From Proteromonas lacertae (lineage: Eukaryota): a stretch of DNA of 64,000 bases. The DNA is taken from NCBI GenBank assembly GCA_002245135.1, contig NGBS01001160.1, positions 496,001 through 560,000 of the forward strand. Direction: 5' to 3'. A program made the position numbers and the translations under genes. Numbering within the stretch: the first letter of the stretch is position 1; every line of letters starts with the position of its first letter. Below are positions 23,411 to 36,100 of the stretch, in pieces. A model generated the notes under the pieces. That model was not told the origin of the DNA, did not search any database, and was given only the letters and a program-made list of their open reading frames with translations.

Positions 23411-26400
23411 ATATCAACGGAGAAGCATAATAGTATTACTTTATTCGTTTTTATTTCTCCTTTAGCTTATCAAAATAAAGAATTCACCCAACAATTTTGG
23501 GATCTTGCATCTGTTGAACCAGAATCTCGTGCAAAAGCAATTCAAAATATTTTAACTCATTTGACATCATGTAAAGATGTATCAAATGATGAAAAATTAC
23601 CAAATTGCTCGGCAGATTTAGTTTATACTGTGAAGAGATTGATAAAAGGTTTAGCTTCATCCAGAGATGCTGCAAGACAAGGATTTTCAGCGGCTTTGGT
23701 GTATATTTTATTTTGTATTATTGAATGTTTATAGATTTGTGTTATTACAATTCCCCTCTGTTGAAACATCAAATGTTATTAATCTATACAAAGAGTTATT
23801 AACAGCACAACATGGTTCAAAACGTCAAGAGAAGAAAGATCTATTTTTTGCTCAAACATTTAGTGTAATGATTCTCCACAGAAGCAAGAGAATATATGAC
23901 GGTACTAACACAAATATTGAATGTTTGCAATACTGTATTTCAACATTATTAGAAGTATATAAGAAGAAATCGTGGTTATATGAATTATGCTTGGAATCTA
24001 TAGGAAAGATTATACAATCAGTATATATATTTTATATTAATTATAATATTTTAGATTCCTTATCAATATTTCGTTAAGCATGTTGCACCAGCGATTGCTG
24101 TATTATTCACCAGTGAATTAAACAATTACAAACCGTCAGTGTTGTCCTTAGCAGTTATTATTGAGACTTATTGTAAGAATATCAATAAACCTATTCCTGA
24201 TGATCTTGTCAATATTCAAAATGGGGTTATGAAAAATATGACAAAATTAAGTCCAATTTTGATTGATACCGTTAAGTTTCTACCACAAATCCATCCAATG
24301 TGGCCACATATAATAGACTATCATCTTACCACAAAGATAATGAAAGAATTCTTCACATTATGGAATCAAATCACCAAATTATTCATAGAATCTTCCAATA
24401 TCGAGAAAAAGAGAATGGCATTTATATTATTCGAGTATTATTTACCCAAAATACCAACTAGCAATTTAAAAGATTTCTTTATACCTGAATTATTCACTTA
24501 TATTTCCAGTAACTTGAATAGACCAAATCAAACTCTTCACAAACAATCAATAGAAGTAACAAATGAAATAATAAAGAATGCAAAGAGTGATAGTGCTCGT
24601 CAATTAGAAATATATCATATTATTATTGATATGAATGGTGTATTATATGATCGTAAATATTCAACATCATTATTATTGAAATTATTAGATGGATTAGATT
24701 ATACTGAAATTAGTAATTATATTAAGATGGTTATTAAAGAGATACAATGTCCTACCAATATTACTATCACCTCTAAAGATGGATCAACTACAAAGACAAA
24801 TTCAACTCGAACATATGCAATTGAAGTGTTATATTGTATAGCTAATGGATTATCTAAAGTGATTAAAGAGAATGAATTGTTGAATATATTGAAGATGATG
24901 TGGGGATGGGGTATGTTTAATATAAAGACATGTAAATATGTTAATAAATGTATAAATATTATTATATATTATAAATATATAGTATCAATTGATAATTCAA
25001 AGATAATCTTAACAGATTTAAAAGAATCATTTACACCTGAACAATCATCACAATGTCTAGAGAAATGTTTATCATTATTGAACGTATTATCAACAAGTAA
25101 AAGAAATGCTAATACATTACCAGGATTGCTATCTGATGATACATTTTGGATTTCACATCTTATTCAATATTTTAACGAATTAATTTCTGAAAATTCAAAA
25201 CAGCTTGAACCAATCAAGCCTTTAGAAGATGAAAATAAGAAATTATCATTGAATTGTATGAAGAAATTAGAAGAATTATCAAATCATAAAAACAAAGAAT
25301 CTGAAAAACCATTAGTTTATTCACTTCATTTATTATTAAGTAATATTTTATTACAATATTTATATGAACCAGAAGAAGATATCTCTATTATTGATGATAT
25401 ATTACATTGTATTGATGATTTATTAGATTCAAAGACTGATAAATCAATACCAGTGTTGATAGATATATTCATTAACTTATTGGGAAGAGGATCTCAGAGA
25501 TTAAAGATAGCTATAAAGGAAGTATTTAAAGTGATTTCTGATATGATTTCTATTGATCAATTGAATGAAATAATTGATACATTGAAATTAGGTGAAAATG
25601 GTGAAGAAACAAAAGATGAAGAAGAAGAAGAAGAAGAAGATGATGATGATAAAGATGAAGATAAAGAAGAAGATAAAGAGATAAAATTCCCAAATACAAA
25701 TGAATTAGAAGAATCATCAGATGAAAATGATGAAGATAATGATGATGAAGATGATGATGAAGAAGATAAAGATGAAGAAAAGGAAGATGATGATGATGAA
25801 GAGGTCAATCCACCAGGAGATGAAAAAGATTTTGAAGAATATGACCAGTCATTTGTAGATGCATTAAAAATGAAACAGAAAGAGAATAAACATAAGAAAG
25901 TCATTAAAATGAATTTAATTCACTTCAAATTGAGAGTATTGGAGTTATTGTCATTATATTCAACTATACAATGTAATAATATCAATGTTATTAGAATTAT
26001 TGTTCCATTAATAAAGTCATATAAAGAATATGCTGTATAATTATATAATTATTCATTTTTATTATTATTAAATAGAATAAAAATGAATATAATATCTACA
26101 CTAAGAAAGTAAAGAATGTTTTATTAAAAGAAATATTCCACGGTAAATCATATCCAAGTGGAAAGAATATATTAAAAGAAAAAGATGTTGTATATTCAAC
26201 ATTTGATGAAGTATGTCAATTACTGTCAAAATTACCAACAATCAATAGAAATTGGAATGAGAGTTATTTTGAGATATGTAGTGAAGCTTTGTTTTATTTG
26301 TTAAAGATATTAAGAAAGACTCAGAGTGATGGTGAAGTTTCAAATGAACAAAATATACTTGGAATAATTGATGTTGAAAAGATTCAAACGTCATTCAAGC

Positions 26401-26940
26401 CTATATTAGATATTTATTTCACTAAAAGAAATACAAGGATAAAATACAAATCACTCACATCAATGGTTAAGAAACAACCATTCTTTTCATCATTATTATT
26501 ACTTAATAACTGTTGTAATTACATAATTGATTTTAAATTTCCTTCACTTTTCTTATTTGGTGAATGTATTATGTTAATGACATTGATATTACACTATCCA
26601 CTCAGTTTTAAGTCAAATATTAAAATATTAAGTGATTTACTGAAGTGTTTAGATGATGAAATTCCCACTTTGTTAATGACAGTTTTTAACAATGAAAATG
26701 AGAAATTGAAAGGTTTAACATCGTCTAAGAGGATAAGACCAATTTTAGAGTTAGTTAAAACTGGATTATTGAATTATGAGAAGGTAGAAAAGAAACAGTT
26801 TAATGTATATATATATAATTTTATTAATTTCATAGTTATCTGCTTCATGGACTACTGTATTGGATAAGATATTAGAGACACCTAAAGGTAAAGGAATTAA
26901 GACATTTGTTGCTATTATTCGTAAGCATATCACTGTATGA
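23411..26940 (+). CDS. POL5: DNA polymerase phi / Pol5 / MYBBP1A-like nucleolar ARM-repeat protein, 6 introns; no in-frame ATG before the conserved N-terminus
   Basis: FWDLAS...YTVKRLIKGLASSRDAARQGFSAAL is the Pol5/MYBBP1A signature. Acidic linker followed by HFKLRVLELL. Ends at TGA 26938-26940. Confidence 0.85.
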
Positions 26941-27111
26941 AGATGATTAACTGTTTTGTAAAGAATATTCACTTATGATGTTGTTTATTGTTATTTGTTT
27001 ATATGGTTGTATTGTTTAAGTTGAAATTCACGTTGTATTAAGATTGTAATAACAACATAATATTCTACTATTGAAGGACTAATTCTTTAGTTTGTCAAAT
27101 CAACTGAAAGA

Positions 27112-30100
27112 ATGAAAAACATTTTTATTAGTATATTGGTTGGGTTACTAATTATTTGTTTTACATTTGCTGGTTGTCCAAATGATTGCAGTGGACATGG
27201 CAAGTGTAATAACGATAAATGTGAGTGTGACACTATCCAAACCACTTCTGTTAATCTTATTAGTAGCACTGGAGGAGATTTAAAAAAGTACACAGGAAAT
27301 GATTGTTCAATCAGTATATTTTTCTTTAATTTGTAATTTTTACTAGGAATGTGTCCTTATGGTAGAATAATATTTGTAGATGTTCCAAATGTTGATATGA
27401 ATAGAATACTAAGTCAAAATAGTAAGAGTGATGATAAAACGGAAAGGAGAAGAGAATTATCTGATTCAAGAGCATCAGACAGATTTCATTCTAGTGAATC
27501 ATGTGCATTTGATTTAGTGAATGATAATTGGATAATTGAACCATTAAAGTCACAAAATGTTAAATTGAACAAAATAGGTGGAGTTATGAATTGTAGAGTA
27601 ATTAATACAACAAAAGATGGTATTACATCTGAAATTATTACAAGTTTAAATTATTATACTTATGAAAATGATTATATTGTATTAGAATGGGATAAATCTC
27701 AAGCAGATTTAATAAATAAAGGACAGACTTTAGAATGTATAAAAACAACAAAATCTTTTGGTGATTTTGCCTCTAGAATCTATGTAAAATTCGATGAAAA
27801 TGGTAAAGCTACTTTAGCAGAGAAATATCATCATTTATTATCATATAATGAATATATTGATTCAAATTATACATTTGGATGTATTGTTAATCAAGAAGAT
27901 AGTGAAATGAAAGTTTACACTGCTGAGAGTAAAGGATTTAATGAAGAATGTAATGAAGCTACTATAGATCAAAGATGTGTAAAAGAATGTGGTATTGAAC
28001 AGATTGGTATTTGTAGTGAAAAAGAAAATGATGGAAAGTATAATTGTGAATGTGTGAAAAATGAATGTTATAATAAAAATGGATATAATTGTCAAAGAAA
28101 ATGTGTTAAAGGTTATTTACCAATATGTTTAAATGATGAATGTGTTTGTAGAAAAGAAAGTAGAGCTTGTTTTAATGGAGATCAATGTAAAGATAAATAT
28201 TGTGATGATAATTATTCACCATTTTGTGTGAATGGTGAATGTAGTTGTGTTGTAAAATCCTGTAATGATCCAAATAATGAAGGTCAAAGTTGCTTAGGGT
28301 ATTGTGGTGATAAGCCAGGCGTGTGTAGAACTAAAGTCTGCAAATGTGATAATGGTTGTTATGCTGAAGAAGCATATACAGGTACTGATTGTAATGATAA
28401 TCAGATGAAAGTATGTGTAAGTGGTGAATGGAAATGTGTTCAAGATCCATGTCCTAAATTAGTAGCTGGGGAATTATGTATAGGTGATTGTGGAGTGGAT
28501 AATGATGGTGTTGATATGAGAGGAATATGCATAAATATAGGTGATAGTTTAATTCCAAACAATAAGTGTAAATGTTTTGCGATTGATAAACCAGCAAATA
28601 CGAAATGTGTAAATGGTGAAGATTGTACTGTAAGTGAAACTGATAAAAGAGGAATATGTAAGAAAGGTGTATGTACAGCAGTAGATAAGATATGTGATGC
28701 TGGTGATCCAAATACAGAAGGTCGAGCTTGTATGAATAATTGTGTAGATGGAAAGAAACATTCTGTATTTGGTCATTGTGATGGAGATGGTAAATGTATA
28801 TGTGATATAACTGTAGATGTAACAAGTAGTAATGATAATTGTAACAATGGTGTTAGTGAATGTTTAAGTATAAGCTGTAAATCAGATGAAGATTTAATGT
28901 GTGTTTATAATAAATGTATCTGTATAAAGAAAGATTATTGTACAGGAAGTAATAATGGTCAAAATTGTTATGGAAATTGTAAAGATGGTAATCCTGGAAT
29001 CTGTGCTGATGGAAAATGTGAATGTAAAAGTGATCGATGTGCTGCAGATGGTGATTGTAATTCTGTCAGTTGTGACAGTACAACAGAAGAAGTGAAATGT
29101 GTGAGTGGTGAATGTAAATGTATTCAAAAAGCTTGTACAAATGCGATAGTAGGAGAATTATGTATAGAAGAATGTAAAAGTGGTGAAAGAGGAATCTGTA
29201 CAGATGTAGGTAGTGGTGGAACTCCTGATATAAAATGTAAATGTTTTGCAGTTGATAAATCAACAAATAATGATTGTGTGAATGGTGAAGATTGTACTGT
29301 AAGTGAAACTGATAAAAGAGGAATATGTAAGAAAGGTGTATGTACAGCAGTCGATGAAATATGTAAAAAGAAAGATAATAAAGATAATACTGATGGTTAT
29401 TTATGTATGAATAATTGTGTTGATTCTGATATAAAAGGTAAAGGTATATGTAAAAATGAGATCTGTGTATGTGATACAACAAGTAAAAATTGTATAAATG
29501 GTATAGAATGTCAAGATAACTGTGACGCTGGTAAAATTGGTTATTGTAAAGAAGGAGTATGTGAATGTGTGAATGATTTATGTAAAGACAGTAGTGGTAA
29601 TGCATTATTAGATGGTACATTATGTGATAATAATTGTAAAGGTCCAAGTGTAGATGGAAGCAAAGTGTATGGAATCTGTGATAAAGGCAAATGTCGATGT
29701 GATTTATCTGAATGTTATCCTGGAAATGAAGTTAATGATTGTAATTCTGTCAGTTGTGACAGTACAACAGAAGAAGTGAAATGTGTGAGTGGTAAATGTA
29801 AATGTATTCAAAAAGCTTGTACAAATGCGATAGTAGGAGAATTATGTATAGAAGAATGTAAAAGTGATGAAAGAGGAATCTGTACAGATGTAGGTAGTGG
29901 TGGAACTCCTGATATAAAATGTAAATGTTTTGCAGTTGATAAATCAACAAATAATGATTGTGTGAATGGTGAAGATTGTACTGTAAGTGAAACTGATAAA
30001 AGAGGAATATGTAAGAAAGGTGTATGTACAGCAGTAGATAAGATATGTGATGCTGGTGATCCAAATACAGAAGGTCGAGCTTGTATGAATAATTGTGTAG

Positions 30101-33100
30101 ATGGAAAGAAACATTCTGTATTTGGTCATTGTGATGGAGATGGTAAATGTATATGTGATATAACTGTAGATGTAACAAGTAGTAATGATAATTGTAACAA
30201 TGGTGTTAGTGAATGTTTAAGTATAAGCTGTAAATCAGATGAAGATTTAATGTGTGTTTATAATAAATGTATCTGTATAAAGAAAGATTATTGTACAGGA
30301 AGTAATAATGGTCAAAATTGTTATGGAAATTGTAAAGATGGTAATCCTGGAATCTGTGCTGATGGAAAATGTGAATGTAAAAGTGATCGATGTGCTGCAG
30401 ATGGTGATTGTAATTCTGTCAGTTGTGACAGTACAACAGAAGAAGTGAAATGTGTGAGTGGTGAATGTAAATGTATTCAAAAAGCTTGTACAAATGCGAT
30501 AGTAGGAGAATTATGTATAGAAGAATGTAAAAGTGGTGAAAGAGGAATCTGTACAGATGTAGGTAGTGGTGGAACTCCTGATATAAAATGTAAATGTTTT
30601 GCAGTTGATAAATCAACAAATAATGATTGTGTGAATGGTGAAGATTGTACTGTAAGTGAAACTGATAAAAGAGGAATATGTAAGAAAGGTGTATGTACAG
30701 CAGTCGATGAAATATGTAAAAAGAAAGATAATAAAGATAATACTGATGGTTATTTATGTATGAATAATTGTGTTGATTCTGATATAAAAGGTAAAGGTAT
30801 ATGTAAAAATGAGATCTGTGTATGTGATACAACAAGTAAAAATTGTATAAATGGTATAGAATGTCAAGATAACTGTGACGCTGGTAAAATTGGTTATTGT
30901 AAAGAAGGAGTATGTGAATGTGTGAATGATTTATGTAAAGACAGTAGTGGTAATGCATTATTAGATGGTACATTATGTGATAATAATTGTAAAGGTCCAA
31001 GTGTAGATGGAAGCAAAGTGTATGGAATCTGTGATAAAGGCAAATGTCGATGTGATTTATCTGAATGTTATCCTGGAAATGAAGTTAATGATTGTAATTC
31101 TGTCAGTTGTGACAGTACAACAGAAGAAGTGAAATGTGTGAGTGGTAAATGTAAATGTATTCAAAAAGCTTGTACAAATGCGATAGTAGGAGAATTATGT
31201 ATAGAAGAATGTAAAAGTGATGAAAGAGGAATCTGTACAGATGTAGGTAGTGGTGGAACTCCTGATATAAAATGTAAATGTTTTGCAGTTGATAAATCAA
31301 CAAATAATGATTGTGTGAATGGTGAAGATTGTACTGTAAGTGAAACTGATAAAAGAGGAATATGTAAGAAAGGTGTATGTACAGCAGTAGATAAGATATG
31401 TGATGCTGGTGATCCAAATACAGAAGGTCGAGCTTGTATGAATAATTGTGTAGATGGAAAGAAACATTCTGTATTTGGTCATTGTGATGGAGATGGTAAA
31501 TGTATATGTGATATAACTGTAGATGTAACAAGTAGTAATGATAATTGTAACAATGGTGTTAGTGAATGTTTAAGTATAAGCTGTAAATCAGATGAAGATT
31601 TAATGTGTGTTTATAATAAATGTATCTGTATAAAGAAAGATTATTGTACAGGAAGTAATAATGGTCAAAATTGTTATGGAAATTGTAAAGATGGTAATCC
31701 TGGAATCTGTGCTGATGGAAAATGTGAATGTAAAAGTGATCGATGTGCTGCAGATGGTGATTGTAATTCTGTCAGTTGTGACAGTACAACAGAAGAAGTG
31801 AAATGTGTGAGTGGTGAATGTAAATGTATTCAAAAAGCTTGTACAAATGCGATAGTAGGAGAATTATGTATAGAAGAATGTAAAAGTGATGAAAGAGGAA
31901 TCTGTACAGATGTAGGTAGTGGTGGAACTCCTGATATAAAATGTAAATGTTTTGCAGTTGATAAATCAACAAATAATGATTGTGTGAATGGTGAAAATTG
32001 CGGTTTGTCTGATAGTGGTGTTTGTGTTAACGGGAAATGTATTAGTAATTTGTTTAGAAAAGAATGTTCATCTATTAGTGACTGTCATAATAATTGTGAT
32101 GCATATGAAAAAATTTGTTTTCATGGTTTTTGTAGTTGTAGTGTTATATCTCAATCATGTATTGCTGGTACTACAGAATATTATTATTGTTCTACTAATG
32201 TTGATAATACTGTGAATGGTATATGTGATATTAATGGTAATTGTGATGTTTCACAATTTATTTGTAATTCTAATAATTGCGAAAATGGTTTTAATGAATA
32301 TATGATTAATGGTCAGTGCAGATGTGTGTATGAATTGTGTAGTATTGGTGAATTATGTATTGAAAATTGTGGAAATGATATAAGTGGTAATATTATAAAG
32401 AGAGGAATTTGTACAGATGTAGGTAGTGGTGGAACTCCTGATATAAAATGTAAATGTTTTGCAGTTGATAAATCAACAAATAATGATTGTGTGAATGGTG
32501 AAGATTGTACTGTAAGTGAAACTGATAAAAGAGGAATATGTAAGAAAGGTGTATGTACAGCAGTCGATGAAATATGTAAAAAGAAAGATAATAAAGATAA
32601 TACTGATGGTTATTTATGTATGAATAATTGTGTTGATTCTGATATAAAAGGTAAAGGTATATGTAAAAATGAGATCTGTGTATGTGATACAACAAGTAAA
32701 AATTGTATAAATGGTATAGAATGTCAAGATAACTGTGACGCTGGTAAAATTGGTTATTGTAAAGAAGGAGTATGTGAATGTGTGAATGATTTATGTAAAG
32801 ACAGTAGTGGTAATGCATTATTAGATGGTACATTATGTGATAATAATTGTAAAGGTCCAAGTGTAGATGGAAGCAAAGTGTATGGAATCTGTGATAAAGG
32901 CAAATGTCGATGTGATTTATCTGAATGTTATCCTGGAAATGAAGTTAATGATTGTAATTCTGTCAGTTGTGACAGTACAACAGAAGAAGTGAAATGTGTG
33001 AGTGGTAAATGTAAATGTATTCAAAAAGCTTGTACAAATGCGATAGTAGGAGAATTATGTATAGAAGAATGTAAAAGTGATGAAAGAGGAATCTGTACAG

Positions 33101-36100
33101 ATGTAGGTAGTGGTGGAACTCCTGATATAAAATGTAAATGTTTTGCAGTTGATAAATCAACAAATAATGATTGTGTGAATGGTGAAGATTGTACTGTAAG
33201 TGAAACTGATAAAAGAGGAATATGTAAGAAAGGTGTATGTACAGCAGTAGATAAGATATGTGATGCTGGTGATCCAAATACAGAAGGTCGAGCTTGTATG
33301 AATAATTGTGTAGATGGAAAGAAACATTCTGTATTTGGTCATTGTGATGGAGATGGTAAATGTATATGTGATATAACTGTAGATGTAACAAGTAGTAATG
33401 ATAATTGTAACAATGGTGTTAGTGAATGTTTAAGTATAAGCTGTAAATCAGATGAAGATTTAATGTGTGTTTATAATAAATGTATCTGTATAAAGAAAGA
33501 TTATTGTACAGGAAGTAATAATGGTCAAAATTGTTATGGAAATTGTAAAGATGGTAATCCTGGAATCTGTGCTGATGGAAAATGTGAATGTAAAAGTGAT
33601 CGATGTGCTGCAGATGGTGATTGTAATTCTGTCAGTTGTGACAGTACAACAGAAGAAGTGAAATGTGTGAGTGGTAAATGTAAATGTATTCAAAAAGCTT
33701 GTACAAATGCGATAGTAGGAGAATTATGTATAGAAGAATGTAAAAGTGATGAAAGAGGAATCTGTACAGATGTAGGTAGTGGTGGAACTCCTGATATAAA
33801 ATGTAAATGTTTTGCAGTTGATAAATCAACAAATAATGATTGTGTGAATGGTGAAGATTGTACTGTAAGTGAAACTGATAAAAGAGGAATATGTAAGAAA
33901 GGTGTATGTACAGCAGTCGATGAAATATGTAAAAAGAAAGATAATAAAGATAATACTGATGGTTATTTATGTATGAATAATTGTGTTGATTCTGATATAA
34001 AAGGTAAAGGTATATGTAAAAATGAGATCTGTGTATGTGATACAACAAGTAAAAATTGTATAAATGGTATAGAATGTCAAGATAACTGTGACGCTGGTAA
34101 AATTGGTTATTGTAAAGAAGGAGTATGTGAATGTGTGAATGATTTATGTAAAGACAGTAGTGGTAATGCATTATTAGATGGTACATTATGTGATAATAAT
34201 TGTAAAGGTCCAAGTGTAGATGGAAGCAAAGTGTATGGAATCTGTGATAAAGGCAAATGTCGATGTGATTTATCTGAATGTTATCCTGGAAATGAAGTTA
34301 ATGATTGTAATTCTGTCAGTTGTGACAGTACAACAGAAGAAGTGAAATGTGTGAGTGGTAAATGTAAATGTATTCAAAAAGCTTGTACAAATGCGATAGT
34401 AGGAGAATTATGTATAGAAGAATGTAAAAGTGATGAAAGAGGAATCTGTACAGATGTAGGTAGTGGTGGAACTCCTGATATAAAATGTAAATGTTTTGCA
34501 GTTGATAAATCAACAAATAATGATTGTGTGAATGGTGAAGATTGTACTGTAAGTGAAACTGATAAAAGAGGAATATGTAAGAAAGGTGTATGTACAGCAG
34601 TAGATAAGATATGTGATGCTGGTGATCCAAATACAGAAGGTCGAGCTTGTATGAATAATTGTGTAGATGGAAAGAAACATTCTGTATTTGGTCATTGTGA
34701 TGGAGATGGTAAATGTATATGTGATATAACTGTAGATGTAACAAGTAGTAATGATAATTGTAACAATGGTGTTAGTGAATGTTTAAGTATAAGCTGTAAA
34801 TCAGATGAAGATTTAATGTGTGTTTATAATAAATGTATCTGTATAAAGAAAGATTATTGTACAGGAAGTAATAATGGTCAAAATTGTTATGGAAATTGTA
34901 AAGATGGTAATCCTGGAATCTGTGCTGATGGAAAATGTGAATGTAAAAGTGATCGATGTGCTGCAGATGGTGATTGTAATTCTGTCAGTTGTGATAGTAC
35001 AACAGAAGAAGTGAAATGTGTGAGTGGTGAATGTAAATGTATTCAAAAAGCTTGTACAAATGCGATAGTAGGAGAATTATGTATAGAAGAATGTAAAAGT
35101 GGTGAAAGAGGAATCTGTACAGATGTAGGTAGTGGTGGAACTCCTGATATAAAATGTAAATGTTTTGCAGTTGATAAATCAACAAATAATGATTGTGTGA
35201 ATGGTGAAGATTGTACTGTAAGTGAAACTGATAAAAGAGGAATATGTAAGAAAGGTGTATGTACAGCAGTCGATGAAATATGTAAAAAGAAAGATAATAA
35301 AGATAATACTGATGGTTATTTATGTATGAATAATTGTGTTGATTCTGATATAAAAGGTAAAGGTATATGTAAAAATGAGATCTGTGTATGTGATACAACA
35401 AGTAAAAATTGTATAAATGGTATAGAATGTCAAGATAACTGTGACGCTGGTAAAATTGGTTATTGTAAAGAAGGAGTATGTGAATGTGTGAATGATTTAT
35501 GTAAAGACAGTAGTGGTAATGCATTATTAGATGGTACATTATGTGATAATAATTGTAAAGGTCCAAGTGTAGATGGAAGCAAAGTGTATGGAATCTGTGA
35601 TAAAGGCAAATGTCGATGTGATTTATCTGAATGTTATCCTGGAAATGAAGTTAATGATTGTAATTCTGTCAGTTGTGATAGTACAACCGAAGAAAAGAAA
35701 TGTGTGAGTGGTAAATGTAAATGTATTCAAAAAGCTTGTACAAATGAGAAAGTTGGAGAACTATGTATAGCTGATTGTGGAAATAATGAAAGAGGAATAT
35801 GTACAGATATGGGTAGTGATGCAACTCCCCATATAAAATGTAAATGTTATCCATATTATGATAATAAATGTAATAACATAGATGATTGTAAAAAAGATTG
35901 TAATGATGATAGTGAAAAATATTGTCATAAAGGTAATTGTGGATGCAAAATTAAAACCGCTTCTTCATGTAATAGTGATGGATCAACTGATGGTTATTTC
36001 TGTTCAAGTAAAAATGATGCAAATATTAATGGTGTTTGTAATAAAGAAAGTTGTGTTGAAACTAATTTTGATGTTTGTCACAATGGTGAAGAAGGTGAAA

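Noticed and set aside
28606..35745. CRISPR-like array, transposon or satellite interpretation of the repeat
   Set aside because: The units are hundreds of bp long and wholly in frame in one ORF. There are no unique short spacers, terminal repeats or transposase/RT motifs.
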